Shown here: positions 9,371 through 27,429 of the stretch, piece after piece
How positions within the stretch are numbered: position 1 is the stretch's first letter
Layout of the letters: every line of letters starts with the position of its first letter
Source: an uncultured Acidobacteriota bacterium
GTDB taxonomy: Bacteria > Acidobacteriota > Terriglobia > Acidiferrales > UBA7541
Assembly (NCBI GenBank): GCA_963833595.1
Contig: CAWHYM010000028.1
Coordinates: 3,938-67,937 of the forward strand
Direction: 5' to 3'
DNA: 64,000 nucleotides
Notes under the pieces: model-generated
The model's database searches: none
Told to the model about the DNA's origin: nothing
Seen by the model: the letters and a program-made list of their open reading frames with translations, nothing else
Made by a program: the position numbers and the translations under genes

Positions 9371-9398
9371 ATCATACAGACACTATGGTGGATATCAA
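9371..9398 (-). promoter_or_regulatory. sigma70-like promoter candidate for the two-gene cassette
   Basis: Minus strand reads TTGATA (9398-9393), a 16-nt spacer, then TATGAT (9376-9371). It lies about 30 nt upstream of the 9340 start. Confidence 0.45.
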
Positions 9399-9424
9399 TA
9401 AATTCCTGACCATGGGTTGTCTAG

Positions 9425-9459
9425 ATAAAAAATGGGCGGCCCAATTCCTCGGGCCGCCC
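9425..9459 (-). terminator. rho-independent terminator of the rpoBC operon
   Basis: 9-bp all-GC stem GGGCGGCCC / GGGCCGCCC with an 8-nt loop. On the minus strand it is followed by ATTTTTTATC. It lies 30 nt after the rpoC stop. Confidence 0.8.
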
Positions 9460-9488
9460 AAATATTCCTTCCAGTTTTGAACTTCCAG

Positions 9489-13694
<4,206 letters not shown>

Positions 13695-13838
13695 GGTGTG
13701 TCCCTCCTGCTCCGATGGATTTCATCGGAGCCATCCCGGAATTCCGGGAGTAAGAAAAAACCGTGAACCTCAAGAACTAGTTGCTGCGATCCATGTGTCA
13801 CCCCTGACGGGGTTTTCTGGCCATTCTCGGCCCATTTT

Positions 13839-13883
13839 CCCACCGCTTACGCGGTGGACTACGTTGTGGCGTCCCTCCGGGAC
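13839..13883. repeat. family-A half element (single arm) in the rpoB-rpoC spacer
   Basis: CCCACCGCTTACGCGGTGG-ACTACGTTGTGGC-GTCCCTCCGGGAC matches one arm of the family-A elements. The central hairpin and second arm are missing. Confidence 0.75.
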
Positions 13884-13914
13884 TTCCAGCGACACGGAGT
13901 TAGGCCACGATGGG

Positions 13915-18366
<4,452 letters not shown>

Positions 18367-18526
18367 GCTATGACCTCATAAAATTCGCAGGGTTGGGCCG
18401 AAACGCCGATAGGCGGCACGGTAGACACCGCCGCCCCGGGTCCCGGCGGGACCGAGTTAAGGTTGAAAAATCACGTTTTGGAACTTGCGTAAGCAAACCC
18501 CTCAGGGCGCGGCAGGTTCGTTTTGC

Positions 18527-18555
18527 GGCGGGCTCTAAGTAGAGCCCGCACCCGC
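18527..18555. repeat. 29-nt conserved hairpin motif GGCGGGCTCYAAGTAGAGCCCGCACCCGC, copy 1 (rplL-rpoB spacer)
   Basis: Differs at 1 of 29 positions from 23287-23315. Stem GGGCTC/GAGCCC with a 6-nt loop. Confidence 0.8.
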
Positions 18556-18600
18556 ATGCGTTGCCGCCTCGCGCCGGAATTGCTGGGTCACTCGATACCG

Positions 18601-18981
18601 CTACTTGATTTCGACTTTGGCGCCGACTTCCTCGAATTTCTTCTTGATCGTGGCCGCCTCGTCCTTGTTCACGCCTTCCTTGATCGGCTTGGGCGCGCCA
18701 TCGACCAGGTCCTTGGCTTCCTTAAGTCCCAGGCTGGTGACTTCGCGGACCGCTTTGATGACGTTGATCTTGTTTGCGCCCACATCCGTGAGCACGACCG
18801 AGAACTCCGTCTTCTCTTCGACCGGGGCCGCTCCCGCCGCTGCTCCGCCCGCCATCATCACTGGCGCCGCTGCCGCCGCCGAAACACCGAAGGTCTCTTC
18901 CATCTTCTTGACCAGGTCGGCCGCTTCAAGAAGGGTCAGGCCCTTGATTTCTTCCAGGATCGCTTCCACCTTATTTGCCAT
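18601..18981 (-). CDS. rplL: 50S ribosomal protein L7/L12
   Basis: 126-aa ORF: [29 protein letters not shown]..., Ala-rich hinge, C-terminus [12 protein letters not shown]. Confidence 0.98.
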   Translation of the reverse strand: MANKVEAILEEIKGLTLLEAADLVKKMEETFGVSAAAAAPVMMAGGAAAGAAPVEEKTEFSVVLTDVGANKINVIKAVREVTSLGLKEAKDLVDGAPKPIKEGVNKDEAATIKKKFEEVGAKVEIK

Positions 18982-19015
18982 TGCTGTGTCCTCTCCTCAT
19001 TAGATGCAATTGGAT

Positions 19016-19570
19016 TTATTGAGCCGTCTCGACCGGAGCAGAACCCGGTCCGAACTTGTTGGCCTTCACCGCTTCGTTGACCGTAACGGCCAGGTTGCGG
19101 TTGACCGCGGCCAGCGCGGACGCGATGCGCTGCGCCGGCGCGTTGACGAGAAACATGATCTTGCTGATCAATTCTTCCTTCGAGGGCAGCGCCGAAAGCT
19201 GCTGAATTTCCGCGATCGATAGCACGCGCCCTTCGACAATCCCGGCGCGAAATTGAAACGCCGGAACGTCTTTCGCAATTTTGGTGAGCGCCTTGGCGAG
19301 CGATACCGGATCGGTCGCCGTGTAGGCGATGGAATTCGTCCCTGCCAGATTTTTCAGCAGGGGCTCGATCGGCGTGCCGGAAGCGGCGCGCTCGGCCAGC
19401 GTGTTTTTCACGACCTGGTAGTGTCCGCCGGCCTGCTGGACGGCGCGGCGCAGCTTGTTGTCGTCTTCCACCGTGATGCCTTGGAACGTGGAAAGGATCA
19501 CGGTCGAAACCGTCGCCAGTTCGCTTTTCAGTTTGTCGAGGTCCTGCTGTTTTTCACTGCGTTTTTTCAT
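19016..19570 (-). CDS. rplJ: 50S ribosomal protein L10
   Basis: 184-aa ORF immediately upstream of rplL. L10-like sequence and conserved gene order. Confidence 0.95.
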   Translation of the reverse strand: MKKRSEKQQDLDKLKSELATVSTVILSTFQGITVEDDNKLRRAVQQAGGHYQVVKNTLAERAASGTPIEPLLKNLAGTNSIAYTATDPVSLAKALTKIAKDVPAFQFRAGIVEGRVLSIAEIQQLSALPSKEELISKIMFLVNAPAQRIASALAAVNRNLAVTVNEAVKANKFGPGSAPVETAQ

Positions 19571-19630
19571 TGCCTGCTCCGAATTCTGACGCTGCTTTCC
19601 TGACGAATGGCCGCGAAATTCCCGCCGAGC

Positions 19631-20344
19631 TTACGCCGCTGCCGCCACGGCGGATTCCACTTCGGCCTCGTCGATCGTTACGCCCGGGCCCATGGTGGAC
19701 GTTAGCGTGACTTTCTTGACGAATTTTCCCTTGGCCGCCGAAGGCTTGGCCTTCAAGATCGCCCCGATCAGCGCGTGCGCGTTTTCGGCAAGCTTCACCG
19801 CGTCGAAACTGATCTTGCCGATCGCCGAATGGACGATTCCCTGCTTGTCCACGCGAAACTCCACTTTTCCGGCCTTGATTTCCTTGACCGCATTGGCGAC
19901 TTCAAAGGTCACCGTGCCGGTCTTGGGGTTGGGCATCAGGCCCCGCGGGCCGAGCACTTTTCCCAATCGTCCGGCGGACCGCATCATGTCCGGCGTCGCG
20001 ATCACCGCGTCGAAGTCGGTCCAACCTTCCTGAATCTTCTGGACCATGTCCTCGCCGCCGACGAAATCCGCGCCGGCCTCTTGCGCCTCGCGAACTTTTT
20101 CGCCTGTGGCAATCACCAGCACGCGCTTGGACTTTCCCAGGCCGTGCGGCAGGACCACGGTGCCGCGCACCATCTGGTCCGACTGTTTCGGATCGACGCC
20201 AAGGTTCGCGACCAGCTCCACGGTTTCGTCAAACTTGACGAAGTGGGCTTTCTTGATCGCTTCCGCGGCTTCCGCGAGTTTATAGGGACGCGCTTCGATC
20301 TGCCCGCGCGCCTTGGTGATGTTCTTTCCCGGTTTTCGAGCCAT
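19631..20344 (-). CDS. rplA: 50S ribosomal protein L1
   Basis: 237-aa ORF with typical L1 blocks ([37 protein letters not shown]). Confidence 0.98.
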   Translation of the reverse strand: MARKPGKNITKARGQIEARPYKLAEAAEAIKKAHFVKFDETVELVANLGVDPKQSDQMVRGTVVLPHGLGKSKRVLVIATGEKVREAQEAGADFVGGEDMVQKIQEGWTDFDAVIATPDMMRSAGRLGKVLGPRGLMPNPKTGTVTFEVANAVKEIKAGKVEFRVDKQGIVHSAIGKISFDAVKLAENAHALIGAILKAKPSAAKGKFVKKVTLTSTMGPGVTIDEAEVESAVAAAA

Positions 20345-20352
20345 TCGTTCTC

Positions 20353-20781
20353 CTACCCTTCCACTTCCAGACCCATGTTGCGCGCCGTACCCATAACGGT
20401 GCGAATCGCCGAGTCCAGACTTGTGGTGTTCAAGTCCGGCAATTTGGTCTTGGCAATCTCCTCGACCTGCTTGCGCGTCACCTTGCCGACCTTGTTTCGA
20501 TTCGGTTCGGCCGATCCCTTGACGATTCCGGCCGCGCGCTTGAGCAGCTCGGAAGCCGGAGGCGTCTTGGTGATGAAGGTGAACGAGCGGTCGCTGTAGA
20601 TCGTGACCAATGCCGGAATGATCATGCCATCGGGTTCTTTGGCAGTCTTGGCATTGAACTGCTTGACGAAATCCATGATGTTCACGCCCTGCGGACCGAG
20701 CGCGGTGCCGACGGGCGGAGCCGGAGTGGCTTTCCCTGCCGGCAATTGCAATTTTACGGTTGCTTGTACTTTCTTTGCCAT
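20353..20781 (-). CDS. rplK: 50S ribosomal protein L11
   Basis: 142-aa ORF starting [38 protein letters not shown]. Confidence 0.98.
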   Translation of the reverse strand: MAKKVQATVKLQLPAGKATPAPPVGTALGPQGVNIMDFVKQFNAKTAKEPDGMIIPALVTIYSDRSFTFITKTPPASELLKRAAGIVKGSAEPNRNKVGKVTRKQVEEIAKTKLPDLNTTSLDSAIRTVMGTARNMGLEVEG

Positions 20782-20823
20782 CCGAATTCCCCTGCGCGCG
20801 GCGTGTAATGCGCCGCAGCGAAA

Positions 20824-21363
20824 CTAAGCCATCTTTTCAACTTGCACAAAATCGAGTTCGACCGGCGTCGAGCGGCCGAAAATCGTGACGGAAACTTTCA
20901 GAGTGTTGCGATCCGCGTTCACATCGTCGACCACGCCCGTGAAGTTGGCGAACGGCCCTTCGATGATGCGCACTTGCTCGTTGCGCTCGAACACCAGCTT
21001 GGGCTTCGGCCGGTCCGCGGACGTGGTCACGCGGTGCAGAATATTTTCCACTTCCATTTCCGAAAGCGGCGTGGGCGTTTCGCCCGAACCGACAAATCCG
21101 GTGACCCGCGGCGTGTTGCGGACAACGTGCCAGGTGTAGTCGTCCATGTCCATTTCCACCAGGACGTAGCCGGGATACAGCATGCGCGAGGAAACTACTT
21201 TCTTGCCGCCGCGAACTTCCAGCACGTCCTCGGTCGGAATCATCATCCGGCCGATCTTGTCCTGCAGCCCGAAAGCCGCCACGCGGCTCTCCAGGCTCTC
21301 CTTCACCTTCTTCTCAAATCCCGAATAGGTGTGGATGATGTACCACTGTTTTGCCATATCCAA
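20824..21363 (-). CDS. nusG: transcription termination/antitermination factor NusG
   Basis: 179-aa ORF: [14 protein letters not shown] (NGN domain) and a C-terminal KOW ([15 protein letters not shown]). Conserved secE-nusG-rplK order. Confidence 0.97.
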   Translation of the reverse strand: MDMAKQWYIIHTYSGFEKKVKESLESRVAAFGLQDKIGRMMIPTEDVLEVRGGKKVVSSRMLYPGYVLVEMDMDDYTWHVVRNTPRVTGFVGSGETPTPLSEMEVENILHRVTTSADRPKPKLVFERNEQVRIIEGPFANFTGVVDDVNADRNTLKVSVTIFGRSTPVELDFVQVEKMA

Positions 21364-21371
21364 CTGATACC

Positions 21372-21662
21372 TCAGTGCCCGAAAAATTTGATGATGCGCT
21401 GGACGAGCCAGCTCACGCCGCTATCCACGCCGAAGAAAAAGACCCCGAAAAACGCGACCGTCACCATCACCACCCAGGTGGTCACAAACACTTCGTGCCG
21501 CGTCGGCCAGGTTACCTGGCGCATTTCGACGCGCACCTCGTGCAAAAAACCGCGCCAGCGGCGGGGATGTTCCGCGAGGCGGCCAAAAAAGCCCAGCATC
21601 TCTAGTGGTGAGCCGCGCCCCTCTGTCTCATCGCTCTTCAATTTTCCCACCTGCGTCGCCAT
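21372..21662 (-). CDS. secE: preprotein translocase subunit SecE
   Basis: Small ORF upstream of nusG. EVRVEMRQVTWPTRHEV followed by a single TM helix. The exact start is uncertain. Confidence 0.85.
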   Translation of the reverse strand: MATQVGKLKSDETEGRGSPLEMLGFFGRLAEHPRRWRGFLHEVRVEMRQVTWPTRHEVFVTTWVVMVTVAFFGVFFFGVDSGVSWLVQRIIKFFGH

Positions 21663-21720
21663 CGTTTGCCGCTCTCTCCGCCCTCAACCCTTTTCCCGCA
21701 TCATCCATCGACCGCCGAAG

Positions 21721-21795
21721 TGGCAGGGGAGGAGGGATTCGAACCCCCACTCTCGGTTTTGGAGACCGATGGTCTACCGTTGAACCTACTCCCCT
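21721..21795 (-). tRNA. tRNA-Trp (anticodon CCA), CCA end encoded
   Basis: Manual fold of the reverse complement: acceptor AGGGGAG/CTCCCCT, anticodon stem TCGGT/ACCGA, loop CTCCAAA, T-loop TTCGAAT. Confidence 0.9.
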
Positions 21796-21807
21796 ATCAA
21801 ACTGAGC

Positions 21808-21957
21808 TTACTTCACTTCCTTGTGGCCCGTGTGCTTGCGGCACGACTTGCAAAATTTCTTCGTTTCCATCCGGTCGGAATGCTTCTTCCGATTCTTGGT
21901 GGTCGTGTAATTCCGGTTTTTGCAATCGTTGCACTGCAGCGTAATGATTTCGCGCAT
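21808..21957 (-). CDS. rpmG: 50S ribosomal protein L33
   Basis: 49-aa ORF, too short for the ORF track. My translation is [49 protein letters not shown], with the typical L33 Cys pairs. Confidence 0.9.
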   Translation of the reverse strand: MREIITLQCNDCKNRNYTTTKNRKKHSDRMETKKFCKSCRKHTGHKEVK

Positions 21958-21972
21958 ATGATTCCCTCTGAC

Positions 21973-23160
<1,188 letters not shown>

Positions 23161-23187
23161 CGCTGTTAAATCCTCATCCTAAGTCAT

Positions 23188-23262
23188 TGGAGCGGGGGAC
23201 CGGATTTGAACCGGCAACCATCGCCTTGGAAGAGCGAGACTCTACCGTTGAGTTACCCCCGC
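23188..23262 (-). tRNA. tRNA-Gly (anticodon TCC), CCA encoded
   Basis: Manual fold: acceptor GCGGGGG/CCCCCGC, anticodon loop CTTCCAA, T-arm GCCGG-TTCAAAT-CCGGT. Confidence 0.9.
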
Positions 23263-23286
23263 CTTGCCTGCTCCGTCAAACTTACT

Positions 23287-23315
23287 GGCGGGCTCCAAGT
23301 AGAGCCCGCACCCGC
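23287..23315. repeat. 29-nt conserved hairpin motif, copy 2 (between tRNA-Thr and tRNA-Gly)
   Basis: GGCGGGCTCCAAGTAGAGCCCGCACCCGC, in the same orientation as copy 1. Confidence 0.8.
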
Positions 23316-23321
23316 AACCTC

Positions 23322-23397
<76 letters not shown>

Positions 23398-23544
23398 GAG
23401 TTCCGCTTGCCGCATGCAGCGCAATCTGTGACACCAAAAGAATCAGTAGAGCTCCGACGGAATTCAGAACACGGCCAATTAGCGAGTAAAAATCGCGATC
23501 TCACCCGGTTCGCGCTTCAGGTCATCTCCAGCGGTGCGACCAGA

Positions 23545-23633
23545 TGGTGGACGGGGGAGGATTCGAACCTCCGTAGCCCGCAAGGAGCGGCAGATTTACA
23601 GTCTGCTGGTTTTAGCCACTCACCCACCCGTCC
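23545..23633 (-). tRNA. tRNA-Tyr (anticodon GTA), long variable arm, CCA encoded
   Basis: Manual fold: acceptor GGACGGG/CCCGTCC, anticodon stem GCAGA/TCTGC, loop CTGTAAA, 17-nt variable arm, T-loop TTCGAAT. Confidence 0.88.
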
Positions 23634-23778
23634 GCACGGGGGGAATTAAGCAAAGAAGGCCACAGTGCATCCGCGAAGTTTGCAAAGACAAAAGACACTC
23701 TCACACATTCTTCGCGATGCAGGAACTTGCCTCCCGCAATCAATTGGGAATTTCCCCTGACTCGAAAAATTTTGGCAG

Positions 23779-23851
23779 AGCTGGCGGAGGGATTTGAACC
23801 CCCGACCCTCTGATTACAAATCAGATGCTCTACCAACTGAGCTACGCCAGC
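23779..23851 (-). tRNA. tRNA-Thr (anticodon TGT), CCA not directly encoded
   Basis: Manual fold: acceptor GCTGGCG/CGCCAGC, anticodon stem TCTGA/TCAGA, loop TTTGTAA. The discriminator U is followed by CUGCCA. Confidence 0.88.
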
Positions 23852-23868
23852 ACGGCGCAAACCGAGGA

Positions 23869-23897
23869 AATATAACAAAAGGGAACTACAATTGCAA
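23869..23897 (-). promoter_or_regulatory. sigma70-like promoter candidate of the tRNA-tuf operon
   Basis: Minus strand reads TTGCAA (23897-23892), a 17-nt spacer, then TATATT (23874-23869). The -10 ends about 17 nt upstream of the tRNA-Thr(TGT) 5' end. Confidence 0.5.
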
Positions 23898-23941
23898 GGG
23901 CCCCCTGTGGAAGACCTGTGCAAACCTCACCCACTTGCCTA

Positions 23942-23968
23942 TGGGCTCATTTAAGAGCCCACACCCGC
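23942..23968. repeat. hairpin motif, diverged copy 3
   Basis: TGGGCTCATTTAAGAGCCCACACCCGC has the same stem and the same 3' tail (CACCCGC) as copies 1 and 2. Confidence 0.6.
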
Positions 23969-24284
23969 GCCTGATGTTTAAGCCCCTGCTGGAAACGTTA
24001 TTCTACACCTTTGAGCCTTGGTGGGGGAACAAATCTTTTCAATTCAATCGGACGCTCTGGCAGCTGGCGAAAAAAACAGGAAATTTCGGGGACCCAAAAC
24101 TCTCACTCTTCAAGGCCGGAACCGCGGGGCGCTCGACATTTCAAAATCCCTTACAGGCTGATCCACACGCCCATAAACGCGAGCATTCATAATCGACAGA
24201 AAGGCCAACCTCTCTCGCTTATGGAAGCACTGTGCCAAATTTCTCGCTTCGGCCCTCACGTTTGAACGGCCGATTCGTAAGCCC

Positions 24285-24725
24285 TTAACGACGTGGCCCC
24301 CGTGACCAAAGCGGGAATCCCCGTTCATTTCGCAAGACCACCTTCTTATCGCCCATGGCGATCTCACGCGCCAACAGAGTATCCGCAGTCCCGAACTTCA
24401 CCTTTGAACCGGTGACCTCGATTTGATCGCCCTTCGCGAAGGTGATGCCGTTCTTTGTAAGGAACCAGGACGGTCCAGCGTGCACATCGAGAGTCTCTTT
24501 TTCAGTCTTGAGCTCGAGATGCGTGCCTGCCGCGCCTCGTCTTCCTGTCAATTGATTCACAGCCTCTACCGTTCCCTGAACGGTAACTTCGGTCGCCGAG
24601 TCGTACATTGGTGCTTTGGCAGGAGGCGCCTGGCTCTGGGCATGCGGCAGCGGGCCAAATCCAATGACAAATACAATCGCCAAGGCGATGCGTAATCCGG
24701 CCTGTGAAGCATAATGTTCTTTCAT
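24285..24725 (-). CDS. secreted hypothetical protein
   Basis: 146-aa ORF with an N-terminal signal-like helix LRIALAIVFVIGF. The body is beta-rich (TVQGTVEAV..., GDQIEVTGSKV). It lies 20 nt downstream of the preceding gene. Confidence 0.6.
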   Translation of the reverse strand: MKEHYASQAGLRIALAIVFVIGFGPLPHAQSQAPPAKAPMYDSATEVTVQGTVEAVNQLTGRRGAAGTHLELKTEKETLDVHAGPSWFLTKNGITFAKGDQIEVTGSKVKFGTADTLLAREIAMGDKKVVLRNERGFPLWSRGPRR

Positions 24726-24745
24726 TTCGTTTCCTCCTTCGTGCG

Positions 24746-25384
24746 TCAGCCTTTCAGTCCGAGTTCATCGCCCACACGCCGATATTGCTTCTGCCAATTA
24801 TTCATTTCTCGTTCGATCGCCCGCGCCTCTGCGGATACACGCTTGCCGTCGGGAACTGGTTTTGCCAGTTCTTGATCCATTTGCTGTGAGCGAGTGTTAA
24901 TTCGCTCCTGAATTTGTTGCATGTTTCGCGTCCGCTCCTGAATGGAGTCGCGCTGCTCATTCGTGAGGCCCTGCATCAGGCGGTCGTGCTCCTGCTGCAT
25001 GTTTTGAATGCGTTCGTGGAGCTGATCGCGCTGCGACCGGGCTTGATCGGAGTTGAACGTCTTGCCCGAAGCGGCACGGGCCAAGTCCCTGGCCTGCGTG
25101 CGAATCCGATCCATGGACTGATCGCATGTTCGATATTGGTCGCGCTGCTGAACGGTGGCCTGCGTGCGCAGGCGGTCACGCTGCTGATCGCGGCCCTGGG
25201 TCATCGTGCCCTGACCGGATTGTCCACCTCCTGACTGAGGTCCCTGTTGCCCCTGACCTTGGCCCTGGCTTCCGCCACCGCCCTGGCCTCCGCCTCCACC
25301 CTGGCCTCCGCCACGCCCCTGTGCGCCGATTTCGCACGAGGCAAGGGCGAGTAAGGCCGCAATAACCAAGAAGTTTCGTTTCAT
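24746..25384 (-). CDS. secreted Gly/Gln-rich coiled-coil protein with one LTxxQ motif (possible Spy/CpxP-like periplasmic protein)
   Basis: Likely start MKRNFLVIAALLALASC at 25384. Low-complexity GGGQGGGGGQ tract, then Q/R-rich helices including GLTNEQRDSIQ. Confidence 0.55.
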   Translation of the reverse strand: MKRNFLVIAALLALASCEIGAQGRGGGQGGGGGQGGGGSQGQGQGQQGPQSGGGQSGQGTMTQGRDQQRDRLRTQATVQQRDQYRTCDQSMDRIRTQARDLARAASGKTFNSDQARSQRDQLHERIQNMQQEHDRLMQGLTNEQRDSIQERTRNMQQIQERINTRSQQMDQELAKPVPDGKRVSAEARAIEREMNNWQKQYRRVGDELGLKG

Positions 25385-25468
25385 AATTCCTCCTTCAAGT
25401 CGCAAATCACTTCTCAATTAGTACGCGGGTCGCCCCAACTCTGACTGTGATATGGATCACTCCTTTGA

Positions 25469-26012
25469 TTTGCCAACAAATCCATAGATAGAATCACGCC
25501 TGGCGAGGTGCACCTTGCTGACGGAAGGGCTATCCTCTTCAAATACGCAATTGTGATGCCTTCATTCAGATGAGTGGAAGCCGTCCGGAATTCACCGGGA
25601 ATCGGCAACGAAGCGGGATTTATCCCCGTCAACAATCGCTATCAGCACGCGACATTCCCGAATATATACGCGGCCGGAGTGGCGATCGCCGTGAAGCCTC
25701 CGGAGCAAACGCCCATCGCGACCGGGGTACCGAAAACGGGATATATGTCTGAACTGATGGCGACCGTGGCAGCGCACAACATTGCGGCTGCGATCAACGG
25801 CACAGAGGCAACGGAGTTGCCATTTGCCGACCTGCACGCTCTTTGCATCCTGGACGCGGGGAGGCAGGGAATGATTATGGCGACGGACAGAATCTTCGCC
25901 CCGAGAAAGCATGAACTCCTGATTTCCGGACCATGGGTCGCACTGGAGCAAGCTCTTGTTTGAGAAGTATTGCCTCCGTCGTCTGCGTACCGGACGCACT
26001 TACCTTCCATGA
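25469..26012 (+). pseudogene. sulfide:quinone oxidoreductase (SQR-type flavoprotein) remnant
   Basis: Only the C-terminal ~180 codons are present. Matching blocks are VHLADGRAILFKYAIVMPSFR, GFIPVN...NIYAAGVAIAV..TGVPKTGYM and HWSKLLFEKY. In-frame TGA at 25571-25573 and a frameshift near 25938-25941. The N-terminal FAD domain is missing. Confidence 0.65.
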
Positions 26013-26117
26013 GCGGGACGTTGCACTCAATACTCCTGTTTTCACCTCGATAATTGTATCGATGCCCGTAGCGCGTCCAAACCGAGAGTGAGAGAATACG
26101 CACAGGAGGAAGCGCAA

Positions 26118-27129
26118 ATGCCCAGGTCTAGGAAAAGGGTGCTGATGGCCGCTGGGTTGGCGGCGCTTGCGATTGCAGGCGCGGCCATGCTCTATTCCGC
26201 GTTTCGGCGCGGCGAGACTGCGCATGCCTCGCCCGCTCCGGACCTGCTCTCCGCGCTGCCTGCGGGAGCGCCCACGCTGGTCTATTTGGATCTCGCCGCG
26301 GTGCGCGCTTCCTCCTTTTATCAGCATCGGCCGGACAAAGGGCCCATTGCCCTGCCCAATCAGGACTACGCGGATTTTGTGCACTCGACGGGATTTGATT
26401 TTGAAAAGGATTTGGACCGCGTGGTGGTTGCGTCGTGGCCCGCGTCCGGCAAAGAGCTAAGAAAAAATGTTGTGATCGCCGACGGCCGTTTTGACCGGGC
26501 GAAAATTCGCGACTACGCCATGCGCAAGGGAAAGCTCGATCACCAGCAAGGGCATGACGTGTTTCTTTTCCCCTCTGGCGATCGGATGGGATTTAATTCC
26601 GTCTCTTTCCTTGACGATCATCGCATCGCCATCGTCGCAGGGCCGAGCATCGCTCCTCTCCTCGCCGGGCGTAGCGACGATTCCGCCGCCGACCCTGCCC
26701 GCGAGCGAGCCGCTGCGCCTGGACGGCGCCGCCGCGTTCGCGATCACGCGCGTGCCGCCGGTGCCGGACAATTTTGCTCCGGGCGGGGCGCAGTCCGCGC
26801 AACTGGCAAGCCTCGCGCGGTCGGTTCAGTGGGTCACCCTGGCCGCGAGGCCCGAGGGCGACGACCTGCGCATTTCGCTCGAAGGTGAATGCGACAACAG
26901 CACGGACGCGCGGCAACTCCAGTCCGCGCTGGAAATTTTGCGGATGTTCGGCCGCGCGGGCCTCGATAGTCCCAAAACGCGCCAGTCCATGGACCCCGCC
27001 GCCCTCGCGATGCTTCAGACTTTATTGAGCACTGCGGAAGTCACGCAGGCGGCGGAGCGGGTTCGCATCCTCATTGAAATCACTCCCGACGTATGGCACC
27101 TGAGCGGTCCCGCGAAACCACAACACTAG
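26118..27129 (+). CDS. hypothetical membrane-anchored protein, apparent frameshift
   Basis: ORF 26088..26888 (start MPRSRKRVLMAAGLAALAIAG at 26118) and ORF 26491..27129 both read as plausible protein. They swap quality near 26685-26730. Outside that junction each turns Arg/Gly/Ala-rich junk. Confidence 0.55.
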
Positions 27130-27216
27130 AGTTTATTTCATAAGCCAAATTTTCGTTGGCGAATTGATATCGCGGCTGAACAGACCGCGGAAAAATTCGA
27201 TTCAGAGCAGGTTTTC

Positions 27217-27320
27217 GTAGCACAGGCACTCTTGCCTGTGCGGTTTTGTTAGTCGCACGCGCAGACTACCCGATCCAATGTCGATCGCAAAACCCGCACA
27301 GGCAAGAGTGCCTGTGCTAC
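27217..27320. repeat. family-B hairpin-pair element (GTAGCACAGG...CCTGTGCTAC), variant loop
   Basis: GTAGCACAGGCACTCTTGCCTGTGCGGTTTTG ... CAAAACCCGCACAGGCAAGAGTGCCTGTGCTAC. Lies between convergent genes. A near-identical copy is at 62899-62995. Confidence 0.85.
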
Positions 27321-27429
27321 TCGAGTTTTTCCGCAAACTGTGAAGCCGCGACCCGCAAGAACCAATCATAAGTCGGCTTGCAATCCGAGAAAATCAATGG
27401 AAGGAAGAAATCGGGAGCCCGGAAGAAAA

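Noticed and set aside
18527-18555. The rplL-rpoB spacer hairpin as a classical intrinsic terminator or attenuator
   Set aside because: On the transcribed strand the stem is followed by GCCGCAAAACG, not a U-tract. The same motif recurs between tRNAs, so a different role is more likely.
23860-24285. Integrase or genomic island attached to the tRNA cluster
   Set aside because: There is no ORF with recombinase motifs and no direct repeat of a tRNA 3' end. The segment is non-coding and carries only the promoter candidate and a hairpin-motif copy.
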